A stretch of DNA of 64,000 bases from Nageia nagi (taxonomy: Eukaryota > Plantae > Pinophyta), in assembly GCA_050084985.1 (NCBI GenBank), contig JBITNC010000001.1, positions 49,042,001 to 49,106,000 of the forward strand, in the 5' to 3' direction. The notes beneath the pieces are model-generated. The model ran no database searches and was not told where the DNA came from. It saw nothing but the letters and a program-made list of their open reading frames with translations. Shown here in pieces: positions 1-10,808 of the stretch. Positions within the stretch are counted from its first letter, which is position 1; every line of letters starts with the position of its first letter. Made by a program: the position numbers and the translations under genes.

Positions 1-479
1 ATGTTAATGATAATAGAATATAATTTACTTCTTGATCTCTTGATTATAATCTCCTTATCTTTGTTCTTAAATCATTGTGTTATATGCTTGTTTGCACTTC
101 ATGGATTGTGAGAGCTTATCAATAGTTAATCCATATCTACAAAGTGCTTGTATGTTATTATTACTTGGAGTTTCATGTATTATTTGGTGGTTACAAAATC
201 AAACCATTCAAACAACTTGGATTCTATTATAATGGATGCTTATGCTGGTCCAGATTTTTGCTTTTACTTATTTGCACTCACTAACCTAGAATCTTAGATT
301 TGCTTTAGTTTTCAAAGTTTGCTTTCTACAACCTTTTCTTTTGCAATTACTAGTCTAATCCTGATAGAAACCAACCTTCTTTGGAGATACATTTCTAGTA
401 ATAGAAATCACATCATTAGAATTATAATTGTGACTTTGATACATGAGCACATGTAAAAATTACATAATCTTATTCAATA
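1..479 (+). repeat. 5' LTR of element A (3' part only)
   Basis: Colinear with ~15719-16197; 12 mismatches in a 120-nt block counted by eye. Ends ttcaata versus gtcaaca in the 3' LTR. Confidence 0.92.
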
Positions 480-495
480 GTATTATAATTATTTT

Positions 496-513
496 TGGCA
501 TGCTTTGTGGGAT
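496..513 (+). other. Primer-binding site, tRNA-Arg(UCU)-type, degenerate
   Basis: tggcatgctttgtgggat versus expected TGGCACGCCCGGTGGGAC, mostly C>T changes; 16-nt spacer after the LTR end. Confidence 0.7.
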
Positions 514-639
514 GATCTCTTACCATGTATTAAATTATTCATGATCATTATATCTTGATGGTGACTCCACTCAAATGAAACCTATTCTTTATTTGTAAAG
601 TTTGAACCCAAAAAAGTTTTACTTCTTTTTATTTTTGTT

Positions 640-3600
640 GATTATGAGAATAAGGTCATAAATTAATAAAGCTAAAGAATTTTCTATCATTGAAGGTTTC
701 AAGAGATCTATTGAAACCCCAGTTAGGAAATCTAAATCTCTTATAGATCTTACTCATATTTTGAATCTCATTGCATTGAATTCTATTCCACCTTTTAACA
801 AAAGGAACATAATCAATCCACTTGTTCAAATGGCTCAACTTCCTACTACACCTCTTATTTATCCATAATGGAAGGCTTCTGGAGCTCTCTAAATTATAAA
901 TCCCTATGAGATTCCAGTGCAAGCTACCAAAGCTTTGCAGAATTGGGATGGTTATGGAAATAATACTTATGAACATTATCAAGATATTACAAAAATGGAA
1001 AATAAGCATAACATATTCCATGAATATGTGATGCTCATATTGCTTGCCATGTCTCTCTGCAAGAAGGTTTTGGATTAGTATAGAATACTTCCATCCAATT
1101 ATATCACTACATGTGATCCAAAATTTGTACAAAATTTGTATCTATTCAGTGTTCTAGAAGGGTATGTTCAGTGAGTTCACTTTGTTGCTAGCTTTTTGAA
1201 GCCTCTTCTGGATTGCAATTTCAATTTCATATGTGCAAGATATGACTTTTTTAAGTTTGGTGTGATTTTTGGTATTTTTTTCAAATATTTGAAAAGGTTT
1301 AAAAAAATTAATAAAAGTTTGAAAATATAATTGGGCTATAAGATTAATAAAGTTTGGGGACCTTCCAAGCCACCATGGCAATATGGAGGTGATAGGGTGC
1401 TAAAGTAGCCATTTTCCAACATGGATTTGGGAAAATGGGAGGTAAAAGCTAGTTGGGAATTGCATGACGTTGGATAGAGATCTACCTTGGGACTTGATTT
1501 ACTAGCATGGAGTTGAGTAGGGACCTTCTTGATACTACCAATGTGAAGGAATAGATGAATTTTGGGAGCCACAAAGGGTGTTTGAGTTGCTTCTTTAAAG
1601 ACATGGTGGATCCCGAAGTTAAGGGGAGTGGACAAGAAAGGCTTGGTAGCCACCTGACAACCCACTAGCCACCATCTACTAGCCTCTTGATATGGCATGG
1701 AGTGGAGTAGGGTCATTTGGGATAAGCAAAGAAGATTTGAAGGAGTAAGCTATGTGGAAATGAGCTAGCCACTAGGAAGGGATCATGTGGAGCTAGAAGA
1801 AGACTCCATGGGGGTTGCTTGATAAGCTGCTAGCCCACTTTGTTAGCCACCTATAGAATATCACCTACCACTTATTCAATCACCATGGGATTAAATTGAA
1901 TGTGGAGTTTAGTCAAAGATTTGGACCTATTGGTAAAGGGAAATGTGCAATCAGCTAACACCATTGAATTCATCTACTGCTAAGCATTTACACCCCTCCT
2001 TCATTGAACTTTGAATCTCACATCATTTAAGCCACCCACCATTAGTCAAACAAGCTTGAACACTCTTAGTTAAGTAACATGTGGTATATTTATACTTGCT
2101 CCACCCCTTTTAAGTATTTGTATATAAATTGCATGCATGTAAATCTTTTTAAAGGTGTAGTTTTTATTTTGATTGATTGTAAGGCCTAAATTTGAGTTGA
2201 AGGATTATTTTTGAACCTATACAACTAGAGTGCATATATTTTTAGTTTTGAAGATTAATCTAGGGAGCTAAGATCAATGATATGAACACCAAAATTGGAG
2301 ATATTGTTAAAAAAATAAATGGGTATCTTAATACAACATTTTTTGTTAGATAAATAGGTTGTAAAATTTTTTTTTAAGAGAGAAAAATTCTAGAGAGAAG
2401 GTTAATGAGAAATTGAAGGGTTTTACAGAGAGCATACATGATTTTCAAAGACATGAGAAACCTAAGAGCTAGAATAAGATTGCAAAATTGTATTTTTAAG
2501 CCCATAAAGAGTTTGTAAAGAGAGAGGAGTGAGGAGTGAAGAGCCTTAAGAGACCATTTTGTAACACCCATCATTATATTGTAGAGAGCATTTGCAGGAG
2601 TAGTTAGGAATTTTTGAACCTGGGTAAAATTTGTCTCTTATTTGTGTATGGTGTTTATTTTTCCTTAATTTCATTTATTTAATCATTTATTTCCAAGCAC
2701 TTGATTTGAATATTAAGTGTGTAGTTTTGAATTCTTTGAAGAAATTATGGATCAACATGGGCTCAATTTGTAGAACCCCTCATTCTTGAATTTAACAAGT
2801 TTTTATGATCCCTCCTCATTGCTATCATATTTTAATTTTATTCAAAGATATCCTATGGAGAATATTTTTGACTTTAACCTTAGATTTTCAAAATGTTGGG
2901 CTAGAGTGCCTCTTGCTATGATGCCACATCCTTCTGTGGCTTTGATGTTTTATCTTAGAACATTCACTCTAGATCTAGCTTCTAGGATTCAGATGATTGG
3001 AGCATAATAATTTTTAGATATTTATAAGGTTTCTTTATAAGTTGAAGCTTCACTCATTTCAATAAGAAAGCTTCCTACTAGAATATTTGCACCTCTCACA
3101 TTTTCATCCTCTTCTTATATGAAACCTTCAATACAAATTTATCCTCCTCTACCTATAAATCAATCACTTTAGTTACCCCAATTGTAGCTTCCAACATCAC
3201 ATCCTCAACTTGCTTTACCTGCTATGCAATCATAACTTACATTACCATATCGTTTTACACAATTAACACTTCTTGCACCTACTTCTAATAGCAACTTATG
3301 GTAAGAAAATGCCAATCAAATGAAGATTGTTGAATTGGAAACTCTAGTAAGAACATTTTCCAATTAGAGGATAGCTAAACAAAGGGAAACTTAGAGACAA
3401 GGTTATTATGATTAGATGGATGATGGAGGATAATAAAGGAGGTATCCATTTCCTATCAAATATCAATAACAACTACAACAAAGGGATATTATTAGGATAG
3501 ATAGAGTTTATATATATTTAGAGGAATATATTCTTTCTTCTAATTAGGATTGGTGTATAGCTTGTAATGACCCTCATATCCAAAACTCTTATCCTATTTA

Positions 3601-4740
3601 CCAACACCAAAAAAGGTTGGAAGCTAATGATGGAGTTAACACTAAATACTATATGAATGACACAACATCAAAAGCTAATCTTATGAATATATCAAAACCC
3701 TCTAATAGAGTAGTTGAAACTAGGTCTACAGTTAAATAGTTTAAATCCCAAGGTAGATGCAATTTCTCCTAGTTATTTCCACTCAAACATCATCTACTTA
3801 TTACTCCAAGTTACCATCAAAGAGGCCTATTGGTGAATTTATGGCTAGTAACAAAGTTTATTTAAAAAATAAGTTCTAAGAAAACAACCAATCACTCAAT
3901 CTGTTGCTTCTCTTGAAATTCAAGAAAGGGAGAAAGCAACTAAGAGATTTAGATTCCCATCTCTTGCAAGAACTCATAGAGAATAAACAACTTAGTAATA
4001 TAAAAGAAAATATATATAAGAAAATTCTTCTCATATTATTCTATATAATATTATGTATGAATTGAAGAAGATACCATCAAGAGCATCACTATTTGATACC
4101 TTACAAATATCTAGACAAATTGACCTACTAAAGGTAGCACTATTGATACAAACTAAAAGATATGATAGCTAGAATTGCAATCTAGATGCAAATAAAAAAT
4201 TACCAGGTATGGGTAAAAATAGACCTCCTCCTTTTTACATTACCCTTGAATTAGAAGGACATATTATCCATAATTGCATGATAGATTTAGGGGAAACCAT
4301 GATAGTTATTCCTATAAACATATTTGATGTCATTGGATTTACCTACACTAGAGAATCCAATGGAATTATCTAGTTGGATGGAAAAAATGTCAAAACCCTT
4401 GGTGTAGTTAAATATATTCCAATGAAACTTCATAAGTGCTTAGGGATTTCAATCATCCAAGATATCATAGTTGTAGACCTTCCCTCTATTTCTGGTTTAT
4501 GCTTATCTAGAGAATTTACATTCAAAATAAGAGGGTACCTAGCTATGGATTATTACCATATGTCTATTCCTTTCAAGAATAGAATGTTTAATGTTGTCAA
4601 TGAGCCTAATACAAGATTTCTCAATGAGAAACTCCCCCAAGTTAACATGATTAATGAAAAAACCTTACTAACAAATGATATTGAAATGGAATTAAACTTT
4701 GTAGATTTATTTTTTGAACTTATGATCAATCACACTTAGA
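640..4740 (+). pseudogene. gag: gag-protease of element A, split by a solo LTR at 1114-2754; start approximate
   Basis: QATKALQNWDGYGNNTYEHYQDI...LPSNYITT (920-1111) continues in frame as WAQFVEPLILEF (2758) once the insertion is removed. Protease PPPFYITLELEG...HNCMIDLG at ~4225-4290. Confidence 0.85.
1114..2754 (+). mobile_element. Solo LTR (1641 bp) with CRM-like TGAT...ATCA termini
   Basis: Perfect 5-bp TSD ACATG (1109-1113, 2755-2759). Terminal inverted match tgatccaaaattt / aaattatggatca (12/13). Removal restores the gag frame. No coding domains inside; orientation inferred from TATA-like tatataaat at ~2121. Confidence 0.82.
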
Positions 4741-4819
4741 GTAAGGGCATGAGGAATTATGTAATTCTTGAAGATATCATAGATCTTTTAGTTCTTACCA
4801 TTCAAAAACTCAGAGAACA

Positions 4820-5230
4820 AAAATTATGGATAATGCACTATGATGGAGCTAAGTCTAAGAATGGTATTGGTGCTAGGGTTATTTTGAGATGCCCTTATGG
4901 TGAAATAAAAAAATTCTTTCCATTTGAATTTGAGTTGTATAAATAATTAGAAAAGTATGAAGCTCTATGGTTAGGGTTGGAACAAGCTAATAAGTTGAAA
5001 ATAAAGTGTTTAACCATTTTTGGTGATTCAAAATTGGTTATTAATCAGGTAATAGATAAGTGTTGAGCAAAACATTATTATCTCAAAAAATATAGAAATA
5101 GATTATGGGACCTATTAGAGAGTTTCAATGCTCTTAATTTTACTACAATCCTCAAGGATAAAAATAGTGAATATGATGCCTTAGCTCAGAAAGGATCAAG
5201 GTTTGATCCTACACATCACTAGCTAAGAAA
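4820..5230 (+). pseudogene. Additional archaeal-type RNase H (aRH) between protease and RT, element A
   Basis: LWIMHYDGAKSKNGIGARVIL, then YEALWLGLEQA, IFGDSKLVINQV and DALAQKG: RNase HI catalytic motif pattern. Confidence 0.88.
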
Positions 5231-5413
5231 AAAAGGTATTCATTTTATTTTCAAGCCTTCAAAAAATTGACAATAACTATTTTTGGTAAGTTTTTGATGA
5301 TGATAAAGATATTAATACTTTCTTGGGTACACATTTGTTACGTTCAAATAGCCAAGAGTCACTGGTTGAGGCTTTCAAAGATGAAGATGTATTAAAATTA
5401 AAAAATAATATTT

Positions 5414-7732
5414 TGTTAAGATCCTAACAGATCATAACTGGATTATGGCTTATTCCTACAAAAATATACTAATTCTACACTAATGGATCACTTGTGCCAC
5501 TTTGAGGGGGTAACATCCTTGAGAATCACTTCTCACATAAAACTTAACTCATTTTTCTTCCCTTCTCAATAATAGGGAAACACCCTATAAATAACTTTTA
5601 CAACATAAGTAACCCAATGCATAATGCATATGGGACTAAACACAAGTACTATTCCTAATACATGTTATGGGGTCAAAACATTGCCACCCCATTAAGGAAG
5701 CTTTTTCCCTAAATTTTATACACACCACACACTAACAAAACATAATACACACCACACACCTAATCTACTAAGGGGATTCATAAAATTCTTACCCCCTTAG
5801 ATAAGTTTTTTCCTCAAAGCTTGCCCAAAAGTATAAAGTACATATACAATCTATCCATGAATAATAAGGATAAGAGGGAACTAAGGAGTCAAAATTGGCC
5901 ATAGTAGCCAACAATTTGCCAAAGCTAAACATGAGCCCATCCATGAATCAAAATTCTACTCCAAGAAGGATGATGCTAATGTCAAGGAGGGAGAAAAAGA
6001 AGGATCTTGAAGAATCCACCATGCTACTGCTCTAGCATTGAATAGTCCTATGGTGGATGCTTGAAGGAAACATGCAACCTAAGATCATACATAGTAATGT
6101 AAGTGAGAGGAATATCCTCACACTCTATAACCCACTCCACTAGACTTGAACTCTTAGAAGCCACATCATTGGTATGGATACAAGGTGGAGGAAGGGCCTC
6201 ATACTCCTCAATGGGATCCACTAGTGCCACATCATATGTACTTATATAAATTAAAGGAAGGTCATCACACTCTATAATAAGATCCACTGGTTCCACATGG
6301 ATGTCATCATGAATCATAATAGGCTATGGATATGCAAGTATAGCCTCTGCTAGCTTGGCTAGTGAATATGCATCTCTTAGAGTTGGTGGATTATACATGA
6401 ATACATTATTTTTGACTTTTGCCCTTAAGCCATTAGTGAATAAATAAAGAGATAATTTCTCATCCATCACATAGTCATCACAAAAATCCTCAAAATATTC
6501 AATATAATGATACACCTAATTAGTACAAAATGGTAGAGCAATAGTATCCATCATCAACTTATTTTTTAACTAATCCAAATATCCTAAATTAGAGTGTGCA
6601 ATAGTTCTTGTTCATAACCTCAAAGAGGACCTCTTTACAAGAAATCGAAAAAAATGGAAAAAAGGTGCAATATTGGGACATCCCAAAAGGTCACCCCTCC
6701 CAAAAACATGCTACCTATGTCTAGCTTAACTTGGGAGTTTTTGAGATTTCTCAAGCAAGTTTGATTTAATAAAAGAGTTATAAATATATGCAAAATGAGG
6801 AAGGGGGCTTTTTTATTTTTTATTTTCAAAATTTTATGATTTTCCCTTCCTTATCTCATGAAACCTTGTTTAATCTTGCAACCCACACATTTTGGATTTG
6901 ACCCCTTTCCATCCTAACAATAGCTTGAACCATGTCACATCAAAATAATGGACCACATGCTATCCCTTGATTGCATAACTCAATCCACATCCCTAGCCTT
7001 CCTCCCACACTACATCCATTTACCTATTATCACACCCTTGCTATTATCATGATTTCTTTTATGCCACTATACCTCTTAAACCCTCCCTTCTTAGAAATTA
7101 CTAAGACATGATTATGGAGATCATCCATTATGCCATAAATATGAAGTTATCTGCATTCTTGTAAATCAGATCTAGCCACCCTTGCCACTTGCTTCATGGG
7201 ATCTACCTCTAAATGTCCATGCATAACCTTGAATCCTCTTAGGTTATCTTCTACCAACAAAACTGCTACACATGCATTCTTCGTTTGAATTTGCTTTCAC
7301 TCACAAACTTCTATTCTAGATCTCCTTGATTTGTGCAATGTACCTTTAGAACCATTCCATAATAGAAATCCACCCACATAACAAAATAAACCACATCAAA
7401 ATACTAAAAACCACACATACCATAAATCTACCAAAAAGTCAAAATGGGCCTGCACTGCACAAATGCGCCTATACAACCAAAACCACTCAACACACAAAAC
7501 TGCTCATAGATAATAAAAACCACTTGCATCAATAAAAAAACTACTCATAAGAGCCAAAATTAAAGCTTTGATACCATTTGTTGAGATTATGGCTCTGATA
7601 CTACCAGAAGCTCTAATGGCCAACTATAATAATCCCCTGTAAATAGCTTTTACAACATAAGTAACCCAATTCATAGTGCATATAGAAATAAACACAAGTA
7701 CTATTCCTAATACATGTTTTGGGGTCATAACA
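5414..7732 (-). mobile_element. Small non-autonomous gag-only LTR retrotransposon (TR-GAG-like) nested in pol of element A
   Basis: TG...CA ends; TSD tattt/tactt. LTRs 5414-5680 and 7579-7732 share their ~105-bp right ends. tRNA-iMet PBS (rc gctttgatacca, 7565-7576) and PPT (rc ttgccacccc, 5681-5690). Removal restores host pol ...KNNT-LPKG. Confidence 0.88.
6048..6515 (-). pseudogene. Gag-like coding remnant of the small element, followed by a duplicated acidic peptide
   Basis: YIEYFEDF...LYLFTNGLRAKVKNNVFMYNPPTLRDAYSLAKLAE resembles the Gypsy Gag capsid C-terminus; followed by IECDDLPLIYISTYD / IECEDIPLTYITMYD. Confidence 0.7.
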
Positions 7733-10587
7733 TACTTTGCCTAAAGGTATTATTGCATTTGAAGATCTCTTTAACATATACGATCAATTAAGAAAAGGAA
7801 AGATTTTAGCATCTTCCAAGAACTTTAAAGAGTTAGAAATAGCTCCCAACAAAGTTCTCAAGGTTGGTATCAAGAATACATTAGAATATATTTTAGAGAT
7901 AGTTGAAATCATGAAGGAGTTTGTTGGTATCATGGCATGGAGCTATGATGACTTGAAGGTGTTTAATAAAGATGTTATCCAACACACCATAGAGTTGGTG
8001 GGAGGGTTAAATCCTTTTTGATAGAAGCAAAGACTAGTAAATCCTAAAATTGAAGTGGTAATGTAACAAGAAATTCAAAAATTATTTTAGGATAGGATCA
8101 TATATCCCATAAAGCATTCTACCTAGGTAGTTAACTTAGTGTCAGTTAGGAATAAGAATGGAGATATTAGGTTATGTGTAGATTTCTAAAATCTTAACAG
8201 AGCCTCACTTAAAGATAACTATCCTTTGCCTCCTATGAAACATATTATACATACTATTGTAGGATCATAGTACTTTTCCTTTCTTGATAGCTTCTCTAGA
8301 TATAATTAGATCTAGGTGAAAGATGAAGGTCAATATCAAACAACATTCACCACAAAGTAAGGTACATTTGGTTTTCAATGAATGCCTTTTGGCTTTTCCA
8401 ATGCTGAAAAAACCTTTGAATGGGCTATGGACCATACATTTAGTGAGTTGATCAATAAAATAATTTTATTTTACTTAGATGATATCACAATTTTCTCATA
8501 AAAGAAGAAGAATCACTTGTAGCATCTCCAATTTTTTTTCTAAAATGTCTAGAATTTGGAATCTCATTGAATATAAAGAAATCCATAGGTAAAGTTTTTT
8601 GGACATGTCATTTCAAGAGATAGATTCTCAATTGATTTGGAGAGAGTGGAAGCTATCTCCAAATGCACTATTCTATCTAATATTAAGAAGTTGCAAGCAT
8701 TTATGGGTCAAATTAATTTTGTAAGGAGGTTCATCTAATACTTTGCTAGAATTATCATTATAATAACAAAATTACTTAAAGATAAAGTTCCTTTTAATTG
8801 GAAAACATACCAAGTTATGGATTTTGAATAGATAAAATCTACCATTATGTCTAGTCTAATTTTAAAGAATTTTGATTTTTCAAAAGACTTTATCTCGTAT
8901 GCTTATCGAGTGGAAAAAAGCATAACAACAATTTTGATACGAAAAGAAGATAATCATGATGAACACCCTATAGCTTTCTTTAGCTAAACTCTACATGAGG
9001 CTAAGGAAAGGTATGGATTAAAAATAAGTGTTCACTATAATGAAATCCCTTAACAAGTTTAAGCACTATATCTCGTAGAATAAAATTCTAGTGCTTACCA
9101 TTCATCTTGATATTAGAGATTACATTCTACTAGGTGAGATGGATTCTTATAGAGATAGATGGATTACAAAGTTTCTAAAGTATGATGTTTAAATCTATCC
9201 TACTCAAGTGGTTAAGAGGGGAGCTATTTACAAATAGTTGGCTGAAGATTAGAGCTCCAAACATATCATGATTATTGAAGTAGAAAATGAAGATAGAAAG
9301 ATTTTGATAGTTATATAAGAATCAAAAAATTGGATAACATAACTTTGTATATATTTTTATAGTGGTAGAATACCATTTGAACTCAATGCTTCTCCAAAGA
9401 GAACATTCAAATTAAATGCTCTCAATTACTATAATATATATAATGTATTATATATAAAACATCATGATGGTATGTTATTGATATACATTTATCCCATGAA
9501 AGTTATTGAGATTATAAAGGAATTTCATTCAAGATTTTTCAAAGGACAATATTAAAATTACACCACTACTGCAAAAATTTTATAGGTAGGTTTTTATTGG
9601 CCTTCCTTCTACATAGAATCATTTCAAATTACTAAAGAATGTAAAAAATATCATAGATTTATTGAAAGGAGAAGAATGGTAGCCATACCATTACAACCTA
9701 TCACAACAAAAGAGCATTTCTAGCAATAGGGCCTTTATTTTATTAGCATGATTAATTTAGGGTCTTCATCTAGAAATAAATTCATCTTGATAGCCATAGA
9801 ATATTTTACAAGATGGATGGAAGCTTATTCTACTAAATATCAACATCAAGATACAATCATTTCTTTTATGGAGATAATTATTACAAGATTTGGTATCCTA
9901 TAGAATGTTATATCAGATAAGGGTCTAATGTTTTTAGGAGCTAGAGTTTCAAATTTTTCTCTTAAGTATGGTATTTACTGAAAAACCTATTACAATGATT
10001 AACTTCAAGGTAATGGATTAGTTGAGTCGATAAATAAGAATCTATTGAGAATCTTGAAGAGGATAGTGGATGAAAATCAAAGGGATTAGGACAAGAAGCT
10101 TGACCTTGCATTATGGAAAAACCATATCACTTTTAAATATTTCATCAAAAATTCTCCTTATGTTCTAGTTTATGGGGAAAGAGCTATATTACCATCTCAC
10201 ATTGAGTTACCAACATTACAGTTGCTTAATCAATATGAGATGAATGATGTAGACCCATTACAGGTAAGGATGTTTGGTCTTATCTATTTGGATGAGCTTC
10301 AAGAGAATTCATACAGAGAAATTTAGAAGAGAAATAGTCTAATGAAGAAATGGTTTGATAAAAAATATGCATCTAATATTTCTTTCAAGTCTAGTGATTT
10401 AGTTCTCAAATGGGATAAAGATCATGCTAGGCCTAGATGCCATCAGAAGTTTGATTTTTTATGGTCCAAACCATACATCATTGTTAAATAAATTTGAAAT
10501 AATGCATTTGAATTGGAGGGAGTATACGGTCAGATCCTTTCTGTCATAATCAATGACCAACATTTAAAGTTGTATACCACACTTTAA
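7733..10587 (+). pseudogene. pol: RT-RNase H-integrase of element A
   Basis: RLCVDF..LNRASLKDNYPLP, MPFG, YLDD, RNase H HPIAFFS, integrase YFTRWMEA / VISDKG / GNGLVESINK; many C>T-derived stops and frameshifts. Confidence 0.93.
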
Positions 10588-10808
10588 TTGTGTAAGTTGT
10601 ATTATATGTATATATATTTAATTTTAATTTTCCTATGTGAAGTTTTTGAGTTGCATATTTGCATTAATTAGGGTAGTTAGCATTTTTAATTTGTTTTGAC
10701 CCTATTTTGAGTCCATGCCTTAGTCATTTTTACCTTTACAATTTTTGAGAAATTGAGATCCCTAGGGTTTAAACACTTCTAGCTTTCAATTCCAGTTATT
10801 TCTAGCTA

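Noticed and set aside
558-572. tggtgactccact resembling a tRNA-Arg(ACG) PBS
   Set aside because: No adjacent LTR end, and the match breaks after about 13 nt.
656-1132. Longest ORF in the window (158 aa, minus strand) as a possible antisense 5' extra ORF
   Set aside because: It is the antisense shadow of the + strand gag N-terminus and runs into the solo LTR.
1332-2762. Alternative solo-LTR boundaries with TGGGC TSD (1337-2757)
   Set aside because: The ACATG-bounded 1114-2754 solution has matching inverted termini and restores the gag frame; this one leaves 1114-1336 unexplained.
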